DNA of 64,000 nt, from positions 11,738-75,737 of the forward strand of contig JBBIUY010000011.1 in the NCBI GenBank assembly GCA_037440005.1. Reading direction: 5' to 3'. This document shows, in pieces, positions 55,061 through 64,000 of this stretch. Position numbers and translations under genes: made by a program. The stretch's first letter is position 1; the number at the start of each line of letters is the position of its first letter. The notes beneath the pieces were generated by a model, which made no database searches, was not told the DNA's origin, and was given only the letters and a program-made list of their open reading frames with translations. Origin of the DNA: Armatimonadota bacterium (GTDB lineage Bacteria; Sysuimicrobiota; Sysuimicrobiia; Sysuimicrobiales; Kaftiobacteriaceae).

Positions 55061-55767
55061 CGCGAACCGCGCGGCCGGCCCAGCCGCACCGGGATGCGGC
55101 GCAGGACCGTCGCGCCTTGCGGGGACATCCGGCAGGCGAACGCATACGGCCGCACCCCGGCCCGCGCGGCTTCCCGGACCGCCCGGGCAAAGACGGGGTC
55201 GGCCTCGTCGTAGGGGCGCAGGGCGGACGCGTCGTCTCTCTGGACGAACCACACCACCGCCGCCCGGGTTCCCCGCCGGGCGATCCGCGCCAGCTCCCGC
55301 AGGTGCCGCGCCCCGCGGGCGGTGGGGGCGTCGGGGAACAGGGCCACGCCGCGCTCCACCAGGTTGCACGACTTGGCTTCCACCACCAGGCGGCCGGAGG
55401 GCCCGTCACCCACGAAGTCGAACCGGCTCCCCCCCACCCGCGCCTCCGCCCGCCACCGGTCGTAGCGGCGGAACGGGGGGAGGAGGCGAGCCCGCAGGGC
55501 CGCAGCGAGCAGGGCGTTGGGCAACCGCGCGTCCATGCCCACCCACCGGCCGCGGTGGCGAACCAGCAGCAGCACGCCCCGGGTCCGCCGCCCGGCGCCG
55601 GCGTGCAGGTGGGCCAGGCCCGCCGCGCCGGGACGCAGCAGCTCCGCCATGCGCCCGGGGTTGGGCAGGTGCAGGTACAGGCGGCGTCGGCCCGCGCGGG
55701 CCCAGACCGCAAACCGGTTGGCCCGGCCGACCACGCGCACGGGAACCAGCGGCTGCGGGAAGGCCAC
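55057..55767 (-). CDS. sfsA: SfsA family DNA/RNA nuclease
   Basis: R.NRF, HLPNPGRM.ELL, SRFDF, EAKSC, FPDAPTARGARHL. Confidence 0.9.
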   Translation of the reverse strand: MAFPQPLVPVRVVGRANRFAVWARAGRRRLYLHLPNPGRMAELLRPGAAGLAHLHAGAGRRTRGVLLLVRHRGRWVGMDARLPNALLAAALRARLLPPFRRYDRWRAEARVGGSRFDFVGDGPSGRLVVEAKSCNLVERGVALFPDAPTARGARHLRELARIARRGTRAAVVWFVQRDDASALRPYDEADPVFARAVREAARAGVRPYAFACRMSPQGATVLRRIPVRLGRPRGSR

Positions 55768-55814
55768 GGCGACCGCCCGCGGCCGGACCTGTCGGCGTCC
55801 CGCCGCCAGGGTCG

Positions 55815-57734
55815 TCAGGGCCGGTCGCCCGCGGCCGCGCGGTCCAGCAGGACGCGCGCGTCCCCCACCCGGCGGGTGATCCGGATACTGTCGAAGTACT
55901 CCAGGACGGCCAGCGCGTACTTTCGGCTCGTCTGCAGCCGGTCCCGCAGACTGGCCACGGTGACGTTGCCCGAGCGGGCCACCTCCTCGGCCACCAGCCG
56001 CCGGATCTCGTCCAGGGCCTGCCGGTGAAAGTACATCCCCGGGGCCACCTCCACCACCGTGCCCTCGTCCCGCAACGCCACGAGCATCCGCTCGAACGCC
56101 GGGCCGCCGCCGACCTCCCGGGCCAGCTCCTCCCTCCCGGGCGGCGAGAACTTCCCCCGGAGAAGCGCCGCCGCGATCCGGTCGCGCACGGCCGCCTCCT
56201 CGGCGGACACCGCCGGCGCGAATCCCGCCCGCCGGGCAAACCCTCCGACCTCTTCGACGTCTCCCGCCTCCACCAGCCCCGCCAGGGCGTGGGCGTACAG
56301 CCGGTCGTCGCCGGATGGGAAGGCAGAGGCCTTGAGGTCGTCTTTGGGCATCCCGACCCGCCAGGGGTTCTCCCTGTGAAAGGCCTCCAGGACCCGGAGG
56401 ATCCTCTCCGCGGTGGAGCGCGCGGCGTCCCGGTGGAACAGCCGCCCGCGGAGTGCCAGCAGGGTGCCGGCGGCCTGCAGGGACGCCACGGCCTCGTCGA
56501 CCTGGTCCCGGGAGGCCGTCACAGCCCGGGCCAGGTCGTCGGCGGTGGTGCCCGCCGTGCCGCACGCGGCCGCGGCGGTCTCCACCTTGCCCGCCAGGCC
56601 TGCGGCCGCCACATGCTCGATGGCGGCGACGCTGACCGCCCCCCGCCGCCGGCGGGGTGGGTGCGCTCCCAGCACCTCCCCGCCTCCCAGGGTAACCAGG
56701 GGCGAGTACGTGCGCAGCACGAACGGGTCGCCGTCGGCGACCACCGCGGGCCGCTCCAGGGAGATCTGGACCACCGCGGCGTCCCCGGGGTCCAGGCGCG
56801 GCCGGTCCAGCAGCCGCAGCCGGCCGATGACCTCGTCGGCTCCCGCGTACATCCGGACGCGGGTCATGTGAGCCAGCGCCGGGGCCGACGGCAGCAGGCG
56901 GACTCGGGCGTCCACCAGGGTCGTGGGCCGGAAGACCCCGGGAGCGGCCAGGACGTCGCCGCGCGCCACCTGGCCCGCCTCCACCCCCGACAGGTTCACG
57001 GCGACCCGCGACCCGGCCACCCCCGCCGGCACCGGCGAGCCGTGGGATTGCACCCCCCTCGCCCGGACCGACAGGCCCGCGGGCAGCAGCTCCAGGACGT
57101 CGCCGGGGGCGATGCGGCCGCTCCACAGCGTCCCGGTGACCACCACGCCGAACCCGGGCATGACGAACGCCCTGTCGATGGGCAGCCGGGCCGGCGCGTC
57201 GGTGGGCCGCTCGGGGACTCCGTCCAGGAGGGCGTCCAGGGTGCGGACCAGCTCGGGTATCCCCTGCCCAGTGCGGGAGGAGACGGCGACCAGGGGGGCG
57301 TCCTCCAGGAACGTCCCCCGGACCAGCGCCCGGACGTCGTCGGCCACCAGCTGCAGCCACGCGTCGTCGGAGACCAGGTCCGCCTTGGTGAGGACCACCA
57401 CCCCCCGGCGCACTGGCAGAAAGCGCAGGATGTCCAGGTGCTCGCGGGTCTGGGGCATGACCCCCTCGTCGGCGGCGACGACAAACAGGACCACGTCGAT
57501 GCCCGTGGCGCCCGCCAGCATGTTCCGGATCAGCCGCTCGTGGCCGGGGACGTCCACGATGCCCACCCGGCGACCGCTGGGCAGGTCCAGGTGGGCGAAG
57601 CCCAGGTCGATGGTCATGCCCCGCCGCTTCTCCTCTTCCAGGCGGTCGGGGTCGGTGCCGGTGAGGGCCCGGACCAGCGCGCTCTTGCCGTGGTCGATGT
57701 GGCCGGCGGTGCCGGCGACGAACAGCCGGCGCAT
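55815..57734 (-). CDS. selB: Selenocysteine-specific elongation factor
   Basis: [27 protein letters not shown]-terminal wHTH SRKYA...LEYFD. Confidence 0.96.
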   Translation of the reverse strand: MRRLFVAGTAGHIDHGKSALVRALTGTDPDRLEEEKRRGMTIDLGFAHLDLPSGRRVGIVDVPGHERLIRNMLAGATGIDVVLFVVAADEGVMPQTREHLDILRFLPVRRGVVVLTKADLVSDDAWLQLVADDVRALVRGTFLEDAPLVAVSSRTGQGIPELVRTLDALLDGVPERPTDAPARLPIDRAFVMPGFGVVVTGTLWSGRIAPGDVLELLPAGLSVRARGVQSHGSPVPAGVAGSRVAVNLSGVEAGQVARGDVLAAPGVFRPTTLVDARVRLLPSAPALAHMTRVRMYAGADEVIGRLRLLDRPRLDPGDAAVVQISLERPAVVADGDPFVLRTYSPLVTLGGGEVLGAHPPRRRRGAVSVAAIEHVAAAGLAGKVETAAAACGTAGTTADDLARAVTASRDQVDEAVASLQAAGTLLALRGRLFHRDAARSTAERILRVLEAFHRENPWRVGMPKDDLKASAFPSGDDRLYAHALAGLVEAGDVEEVGGFARRAGFAPAVSAEEAAVRDRIAAALLRGKFSPPGREELAREVGGGPAFERMLVALRDEGTVVEVAPGMYFHRQALDEIRRLVAEEVARSGNVTVASLRDRLQTSRKYALAVLEYFDSIRITRRVGDARVLLDRAAAGDRP

Positions 57735-57740
57735 GGGGGC

Positions 57741-59144
57741 CTATCCCGGCGGAGCGGCCGCGCCGGGGGCGCAGACGGCGGCGAGGGCGGCCACCACCTG
57801 AGCGTCCTCACCGGGCAGCAGCGTCCGCACGTCCAGCAGCAGGGCGTCCTGGGCGATGCGGCCGAACACCGGGGGGTCCTGCTCCCGCAGCGCGCGATCG
57901 AGGGCGTCCGGCGGCAGGGGCCCCGTGACCGCCACGGCGAACGACGGTAGCTCCGCGCCGGGCAGCGCGCCGCCGCCCACCGCGGCCGCCGTGGGCCGGA
58001 CTGCCACCTGCCAGCCGGGGGGCAGGATCCGGGCCGCCGCTTCCGCGAGCGCCCGGGCCCGCTCCCGCAGCGCGTCGGGATCCGCCGCCAGCATGCGCAG
58101 CACCGGCACCTGCTCCCAGGCGGACTCGGGGGACCGGTACTGGGCCAGGGTGGCGGCCAGCGCGGCGTAGTCCAGCTTGTCCGCCCGCACCGCCCGGGCC
58201 AGCGGGTGGGAGCGGATGGCGTCCAGCCAGCGGGCCCGCCCCACGATCAGCCCGGCCTGCGGTCCGCCCAGCAGCTTGTCGCCGCTGAAGGTGACCACGT
58301 CGCAGCCCGCCGCCACCGCCTCCTGGACGGTGGGCTCGGGGGGCAGACCGTGGGCGCGCAGGTCCACCAGGCAGCCGCTGCCCAGGTCGTACATCACCGG
58401 CACCCCGCGCCGGCGGCCCAGGTCCACCAGGTCGGAGACGGGCACGTCGTGCACGAACCCGGTCATGGCGAAGTTGCTGCGGTGGACCTTCAGCAGCAGC
58501 GCCGTCTGCGGGGTCAGCGCCCGTTCGTAGTCGTGCAGGTACGTGCGGTTGGTGGTCCCCACCTCCACCAGGACCGCGCCGCTCTGGGCCATCACGTCGG
58601 GCATGCGGAACGATCCGCCGATCTCCACCAGCTCGCCCCGGGAGACCACCACCTGCCGGCCGGACGCCAGGGCGGCCAGCGCCAGGAGGACCGCGGCGGC
58701 GTTGTTGTTGACGGCCAGAGCCGCCTCGGCGCCGGTGAGGTCCCGCAGCAGGGGTTCGATGTGGTGGTGGCGGCTGCCGCGGCCGCCGCTGGCGGCGTCC
58801 ACCTCCAGGGTGCTGTAGCCGGACAGCACGTCCAGGACGGCCGCCCGGGCGGCGTCGGACAGCGGCGCCCGGCCCAGGTTGGTGTGGAGGATCACGCCGG
58901 TGGCGTTGACCGCCCGCCGCAGGGTCAGCGCGGCGCGCCGGGCGGCCAGGGCCCGCACCCGCTCCGCCAGGGCGGGCACGGCGACGTCCACGGGCTCTCC
59001 CCGCCGGGCGCGGGCGCGGGCGTCCTCCACCGCCTCCCGGGCGCAGGCGACCACCAGCGCCCGCGGGTACCGGCCCCCGGCGGTCCGTTCGACCTCCTGG
59101 ACCACTCGTTCGACCGAGGGAATCTGCCGCAGGTCCGGGATCAT
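57741..59144 (-). CDS. selA: L-seryl-tRNA(Sec) selenium transferase
   Basis: [46 protein letters not shown]. Confidence 0.96.
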   Translation of the reverse strand: MIPDLRQIPSVERVVQEVERTAGGRYPRALVVACAREAVEDARARARRGEPVDVAVPALAERVRALAARRAALTLRRAVNATGVILHTNLGRAPLSDAARAAVLDVLSGYSTLEVDAASGGRGSRHHHIEPLLRDLTGAEAALAVNNNAAAVLLALAALASGRQVVVSRGELVEIGGSFRMPDVMAQSGAVLVEVGTTNRTYLHDYERALTPQTALLLKVHRSNFAMTGFVHDVPVSDLVDLGRRRGVPVMYDLGSGCLVDLRAHGLPPEPTVQEAVAAGCDVVTFSGDKLLGGPQAGLIVGRARWLDAIRSHPLARAVRADKLDYAALAATLAQYRSPESAWEQVPVLRMLAADPDALRERARALAEAAARILPPGWQVAVRPTAAAVGGGALPGAELPSFAVAVTGPLPPDALDRALREQDPPVFGRIAQDALLLDVRTLLPGEDAQVVAALAAVCAPGAAAPPG

Positions 59145-59200
59145 GGTCGGCTCCTGCGGGCGTCCCGCCCCTGGCGCCGCCGCATCTTCCGGACGCGCAC

Positions 59201-59413
59201 CTAGCGGACCAGAATGCCCAGCGCCGCCCCCGCCGCCAGGACGACGCCGAGGACCACCGCCAGCCGGCGCATGTCGGCCCGGACCCGGGCCATCAGCTCC
59301 TCCTCGCTGAGGGGAGCGGGGCCGGCCGGGCCGGCGGGCCGCAGGCGCCTGCCGCAGGTCCGACAGACGATCTTGCCGGGGGGGTTGTCGGTGCCGCAGT
59401 GAGGACACTTCAC
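59201..59413 (-). CDS. Zinc-ribbon protein with C-terminal TM
   Basis: CPHCG..N.....C..CG plus hydrophobic tail; SD GGAGG. Confidence 0.75.
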   Translation of the reverse strand: MKCPHCGTDNPPGKIVCRTCGRRLRPAGPAGPAPLSEEELMARVRADMRRLAVVLGVVLAAGAALGILVR

Positions 59414-60303
59414 CGGTCGTCCTCCTCCCTCCGTGCCTGTCGCCCGGCCCCTCCGGGAGCCGCCGGGGGCGCGGGGCTGTCCGGGACCCGTCCCCGGGCG
59501 CGCTCCCGCAGCCGCTCCACCACCTCCCGGGGCACGTACTGGCTGCCCGGCGGGGTCCGGGTGGCCAGGTCCCCGCCGTGGAAGTCCGTGCCTCCGGTCA
59601 CCAGCAGTCCCAGGTCCCGGGCCAGGGCCAGGTAGTGCTCCACCATCGCCGGCGTGTGGTCGGGGTAGTAGACCTCCAGCCCCTCCAGCCCGGCGGCCGC
59701 CAGGTCCCTGATGAGGTCGTCGGGGACGCCCCACCCGGGGTGGGCGAGGACCGGGATGCCGCCGGCCCGGCGGATGATCTGCACGGCCTGCGGGGGGCTG
59801 ACCGACGCCCGTTCCACGTAGGCCGGTCCGGACCGGCCGATGTACTTCTGGAACGCCTCCTCGGTGGTGGCGACCACGCCGGCCTCCACCAGCGCCCGCG
59901 CCACGTGGGGACGCCCCACCGCCCCCTCGGCCAGCGCCCGCACCCGGGCCATCTCCAGCGGGATGCCCAACGCGTTGAGTTTTTCCACCATGCGCTCCGC
60001 CCGCCGCTCCCGGCCGTCCCGCAGCCGGCGGAGAAACTCCTGAAACCACCGCTGGCGGTGGTGCACGTAGTACCCCAGCACGTGGACGTCGCCGGCGTCG
60101 GTGTCGGTGTTGATCTCCACCGCCGGGATCACCTCCACCCCCAGGCGGACCCCGGCCTCCATGGCGGGGTCCACCCCGTCGGTGGTGTCGTGGTCGGCCA
60201 CCGCCAGCACCTGGACCCCGTGGCGGCGGGCCAGAGCCACCAGGTCGGCGGGCGGGAGCAGGCCGTCGGAGGCGGTGGTGTGGGTGTGCAGGTCAATCCG
60301 CAT
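59410..60303 (-). CDS. PHP domain phosphoesterase (TrpH/YciV-like)
   Basis: DLHTHT.ASDG, DHDT, GRPH, AHP, GGTDFHG. Confidence 0.92.
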   Translation of the reverse strand: MRIDLHTHTTASDGLLPPADLVALARRHGVQVLAVADHDTTDGVDPAMEAGVRLGVEVIPAVEINTDTDAGDVHVLGYYVHHRQRWFQEFLRRLRDGRERRAERMVEKLNALGIPLEMARVRALAEGAVGRPHVARALVEAGVVATTEEAFQKYIGRSGPAYVERASVSPPQAVQIIRRAGGIPVLAHPGWGVPDDLIRDLAAAGLEGLEVYYPDHTPAMVEHYLALARDLGLLVTGGTDFHGGDLATRTPPGSQYVPREVVERLRERARGRVPDSPAPPAAPGGAGRQARREEDDR

Positions 60304-61084
60304 CGGCCTCCACCTCGGCCACCCGCAGGATCTCCCGCGCCCGCCCGGTGGCCTCGTCCACGTCCACCACCACGGCGTTGAGCTGGGCGGGGCCGCCGGC
60401 CACCTCGAAGCGCACCGGCAGCTGGGTGAGGAACCGCTCCAGGATCCGCGACCGGTCCATGCCGATGATGCCGTCCCGGGGGCCGGTCATCCCCACGTCG
60501 GTGATGTAGGCGGTGCCCCCCGGCAGAATCCGCTCGTCGGCGGTCTGCACGTGGGTGTGGGTGCCCACGACCGCGCTCACCCGGCCGTCCAGGTACCAGG
60601 CCAGGGCCTGCTTCTCGCTGGTGGCCTCCGCGTGGAAGTCCACCACGATGACGGGGGTGCGCTCCCGCAGGCGGTCGGCCTCGGCCCGGGCGGCCCGGAA
60701 CGGGTCGTCCAGCTCGCCCATGAACACCCGCCCCATCAGGTTGACCACCCCCGCCGTCCGTCCCGAGCGGGTGGTGACCACGGCGCTCCCCCGGCCCGGC
60801 ACCCCCGGGGGGTAGTTGGCGGGGCGCAGGATCCGGGGGTCGCTGTCCAGCAGTTCGTAGGCCTCCCGGATCTGCCAGGTGTGGTTGCCGCCGGTGATGA
60901 CGTCCACGCCGGCGGCGAACAGCTCTTCGGCCACCGCGGCGTTGATCCCGCTGCCCCCGGCGGCGTTCTCCCCGTTGGCGATGACCAGGTCCGCACCGTG
61001 GAGCCGGCGCAGCGCCGGCAGCCGCGCCGTCAGGATCCGCCGCCCCGGCCGGCCGTGGACGTCTCCCACGAAGAGGATGCGCAT
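60293..61084 (-). CDS. ymdB: YmdB-family metallophosphoesterase
   Basis: GDV.G, NGEN, GNH, DFHAEATSEK, GTHTHV; downstream of rny. Confidence 0.93.
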   Translation of the reverse strand: MRILFVGDVHGRPGRRILTARLPALRRLHGADLVIANGENAAGGSGINAAVAEELFAAGVDVITGGNHTWQIREAYELLDSDPRILRPANYPPGVPGRGSAVVTTRSGRTAGVVNLMGRVFMGELDDPFRAARAEADRLRERTPVIVVDFHAEATSEKQALAWYLDGRVSAVVGTHTHVQTADERILPGGTAYITDVGMTGPRDGIIGMDRSRILERFLTQLPVRFEVAGGPAQLNAVVVDVDEATGRAREILRVAEVEADAD

Positions 61085-61109
61085 GGGAGGGCGGGGGCGC
61101 CCGGGACCC

Positions 61110-62648
61110 TCAGCGCGCGTACTCCACCACGCGCGTCTCCCGCAGCACGGTCACCTTGATCTGGCCCGGGTACTCCATCTCCTCCTCGATCTTGCGGGCC
61201 ACGTCCCGCGCCAGCGCCTGGGCGCCCAGGTCGTCCACCTCGGTGGGCCGCACGATTACCCGCACCTCGCGGCCCGCCTGGATGGCGTAGGCCTTCTCCA
61301 CCCCCGGGAAGGAGGTGGCGATGCGCTCCAGGCTCTCCAGGCGCTTGACGTACATCTCGGCGGTCTCCTTGCGGGCGCCCGGCCGGCTGGCCGAGATGGC
61401 GTCGGCGGCGGCCACCAGGATGGCCTCCAGGCAGCGGGCCTCCTCCTCGCCGTGGTGGTAGCTGATGGCGTTGAGCACCTCCGGGGGCTCGTGGTACCGG
61501 CGGCAGATGTCCACGCCGATGGCGCTGTGGGTGCCCTCCACCTCGTGGGTGAGAGCCTTGCCGATGTCGTGGAGCAGACCGGCGCGGCGGGCCAGCTGGG
61601 CGTTGGCCCCCAGCAGGTCGGCCATCAGCCCGGCCAGCAGCGCCACCTCCACCGAGTGCTGCAGCAGGTTCTGCCCGTAGGAGTAGCGGAACCGCAGCCG
61701 CCCCAGCAGCTTCACCTCCTCCGGGTGCAGCCCGTGCACCCCGGCCTCAAAGGCGGCCCGCTCGCCCTCCTCCCGGATCCGCTGCTCCAGCTCCCGCTGG
61801 GACTTCTCCACCACCTCCTCGATGCGGGCGGGGTGGATGCGGCCGTCGGCGATGAGCTTCTCCAGGGCGATCTTGGCGATCTCCCGCCGGATCGGGTCGA
61901 AGGACGACAGGGTGACCGCTTCGGGGGTGTCGTCGATGATGAAGTCGACGCCGGTCAGCCCCTCCAGGGTGCGGATGTTGCGGCCCTCCCGGCCGATGAT
62001 CCGCCCCTTGAGGTCGTCGTTGGGCAGCGGCACCACCGACACGGTCACCTCGGCGGTGTGGTCGGCGGCGCAGCGCTGGATGGCCAGGGCGATGATCTCC
62101 CGCGCCCGGCGGTCGGCCTCCTCCCGGGCCTCGGTCTCGATCTTCTTGATGATCTTGAGGGCGTCGGTCCGGGCCTGCTCTTCCACCTGGCGCAGCAGCT
62201 GCTCCCGCGCCTGCTCGGCCGTCAACCCCGACAGGCGTTCCAGCTCCTGCTGGTGGCGGGCCAGCAGCGCCGCGGCCTCCTCCCGGGCCCGGGTGATCTC
62301 CTGCTCTTTGGCGGCGAGGGCTTTCTGCTGCTGCTCGAGCGCCTCCGACTTCCGTTCCAGGGACTCTTCGCGCTGTTCCAGCCGTCGCTCAAGACGCTGA
62401 AGCTCGGCCCGCTGCTCGCGGATCTCGCGCTCCGCTTCCCGCTTGATGCGGAACGCCTCGTCCTTGGCCTCAACGATGACCTCACGCTTCTTCGCCTCGG
62501 CCTCTTTGCTGGCCTGCTCGATGATCCGTCGGGCGGCCTCTTCGGCCGATCGAATCCGCGCCTCGGCGACGTACCTGCGCAGGAGATATCCCAGGAGGAA
62601 CCCCACGAACCCCGCCAGAGCGATGTAGAGCACAGGGGACGGTGCGAT
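61110..62648 (-). CDS. rny: Ribonuclease Y (probable ATC start at 62648; GTG at 62633)
   Basis: N-terminal TM, coiled coil, [29 protein letters not shown]. Confidence 0.96.
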   Translation of the reverse strand: MAPSPVLYIALAGFVGFLLGYLLRRYVAEARIRSAEEAARRIIEQASKEAEAKKREVIVEAKDEAFRIKREAEREIREQRAELQRLERRLEQREESLERKSEALEQQQKALAAKEQEITRAREEAAALLARHQQELERLSGLTAEQAREQLLRQVEEQARTDALKIIKKIETEAREEADRRAREIIALAIQRCAADHTAEVTVSVVPLPNDDLKGRIIGREGRNIRTLEGLTGVDFIIDDTPEAVTLSSFDPIRREIAKIALEKLIADGRIHPARIEEVVEKSQRELEQRIREEGERAAFEAGVHGLHPEEVKLLGRLRFRYSYGQNLLQHSVEVALLAGLMADLLGANAQLARRAGLLHDIGKALTHEVEGTHSAIGVDICRRYHEPPEVLNAISYHHGEEEARCLEAILVAAADAISASRPGARKETAEMYVKRLESLERIATSFPGVEKAYAIQAGREVRVIVRPTEVDDLGAQALARDVARKIEEEMEYPGQIKVTVLRETRVVEYAR

Positions 62649-62740
62649 GGCGGGTCACCTCCTCTGGGATGTGTGTGGTTGTACGTCGCGCGCGCCTCTC
62701 ACCTCGTCGGCGATGGTCTAGCGCACCTGCTGTACAGGCT

Positions 62741-62770
62741 ATTGTAGCCCGCGCGCAAAAACCGTGTCAA
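62741..62770 (-). promoter_or_regulatory. Promoter of the rny operon
   Basis: TTGACA-18-TACAAT on the minus strand. Confidence 0.7.
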
Positions 62771-62827
62771 TTGCGCCCCCGCGCGCCTGCGTGCCGGCGT
62801 GTTCCCCGCGCCCGTGCGCCGGAAGAC

Positions 62828-64000
62828 CTAGACGTCCTGGACCTGGTCCCACAGGGGCCCCACCGCCGCCGGGGGCGAGGGTTCGGCCCCCGGGGTCCGG
62901 GCGGCGGGGCGGCCGGGCAGGACCAGCAGGCGGTCGGCCACGGGGTCGAAGTGCCGGGTGCAGGTGAACAGGAAGACCTGGTAGGCGTCGGCCAGGGTCC
63001 GCAGCAGCCGCGCGGCCTGCCGGCGGCGCTCGTCGTCGAAGGTGATGAAGGGGTCGTCGAACAGCAGCGGCGGCCGCCGGCCCCCCGCCAGGACCTCCAC
63101 CAGGGCCAGCCGGGCGGCCAGGTAGACCAGGTCCACCGTCCCCCGGCTGAGGGCGGGTTCCCGGGCCTCCACCCACCCGCCCGCATCGGGGGACCACACC
63201 GACAGGGTCAGGGTCTCCTGGTCCACCGCCAGGCGTTCGTAGCGCCCCCCCGACAGCAGGCGCAGGTACTGGCCGGCCTGGCGCTCCATCACCTCCCGCA
63301 GGGGCACCTGGGCCTGACGGCGGGCTTCCTGCAGCGCCTCCAGCGCCGCCGTGTACACCGCGTGCCGGTGGCGGACGCGCTCCAGCCGGTCCTCGGCCTC
63401 GGCGAGCTGCTCCTCCACCGCGGCCAGGGCCTCCGCCTCCGCCGTGTGGCGCTCCAGGTCCACCAGCAGGCGGCGTTCGGCGGTCTGCATCTCCGCCATC
63501 AGCTGCTCGAGCCTGCGCACCTCCTGCTCCAGGGACGTCAGTTCCAGGGGAGTCAGCCGCCGGGCCGCCACGTCGGGGGAGCGCAGCTGCTCCTGCAGGG
63601 CGAACGCCTCCCGGCGCACCGTCGCCCACCGGGTGGTGATCTCCTCGTCGGTCCGGCCGCCCCGCAGCTCCTGCAGGAACCGGGCCAGCTGGGAGCGGGT
63701 CGTGACCAGGTCCCGGTAGCGCTGGGCCCGCTGTTCGGCTTCCTGGACCGTGGCGCACCCCATCTGCTGCAGTCGCGCGGCCAGTTCCGCCCGGGCGTCC
63801 CGCAGGGCGCGCTCGATGTCCTGCAGGCGCCGTTCCCTCTCCTGCCGGCGGACCTCGGCGCGCTGGCGCTCGCCCGCGGCGCGGCGCAGACGCCAGACCG
63901 CCAGCGCGGCCGCCCCTGCCCCCGCGGCCAGCCCCGCGGCCGACAGCACCCGGGGCGCGCCCAGGGCTGCCGCCAGGATCGCCGCGGCGGCCGCCGCGGC
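62828..64000 (-). CDS. YhaN/SMC-Rad50-like coiled-coil ATPase, C-terminal part (5' end outside the window)
   Basis: TM plus coiled coil, LSRGT.D.VYLAARL, PLLFDDPF..FD..R, FTC. Confidence 0.85.
   Translation of the reverse strand, partial: AAAAAAAILAAALGAPRVLSAAGLAAGAGAAALAVWRLRRAAGERQRAEVRRQERERRLQDIERALRDARAELAARLQQMGCATVQEAEQRAQRYRDLVTTRSQLARFLQELRGGRTDEEITTRWATVRREAFALQEQLRSPDVAARRLTPLELTSLEQEVRRLEQLMAEMQTAERRLLVDLERHTAEAEALAAVEEQLAEAEDRLERVRHRHAVYTAALEALQEARRQAQVPLREVMERQAGQYLRLLSGGRYERLAVDQETLTLSVWSPDAGGWVEAREPALSRGTVDLVYLAARLALVEVLAGGRRPPLLFDDPFITFDDERRRQAARLLRTLADAYQVFLFTCTRHFDPVADRLLVLPGRPAARTPGAEPSPPAAVGPLWDQVQDV

Noticed and set aside
1..64000. CRISPR arrays, IS elements, prophage, defence systems
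   Set aside because: No spaced direct repeats, transposase, phage or cas genes were recognised by eye

Overview
A very GC-rich bacterial chromosome segment made up mostly of core genes. Gene order and the Gram-positive-type SOS box suggest a Terrabacteria lineage (inference). From 1 to 44 kb the genes are almost all on the + strand: lysA, scpAB, cmk-plsC, ispH-der-plsY, tRNA-Pro, acs, a Tat-exported sugar ABC transporter, a DegT/Gfo pair, FMN- and TPP-riboswitch-controlled ECF S-components with thiN, hslO, rpmB, recG-rsmD-coaD, yceD-rpmF-plsX-fabHDG-acpP-fabF-rnc, paaA-(dinB)-paaBCD and lexA. From 44 to 64 kb they are almost all on the - strand: hflX, dapL, miaA, mutL, mutS, ppa, selC-sfsA-selB-selA, PHP, ymdB, rny and a partial SMC-like gene. 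The strand switch coincides with a 28-bp XerCD dif-like site (43480-43507) next to the lexA promoter, so the window probably spans the replication terminus. Main points of interest: apparent ATC start codons on scpA, rny and possibly hflX; an FMN riboswitch with a 31-nt hairpin inserted in loop L2; three genes each preceded by a sigma54-type promoter, one encoding a domain also fused to a CBS-GGDEF protein; a prepilin-like mini-protein; and a csaA remnant. No CRISPR array, transposase or prophage was seen. All calls come from reading motifs by eye; no database searches were run.
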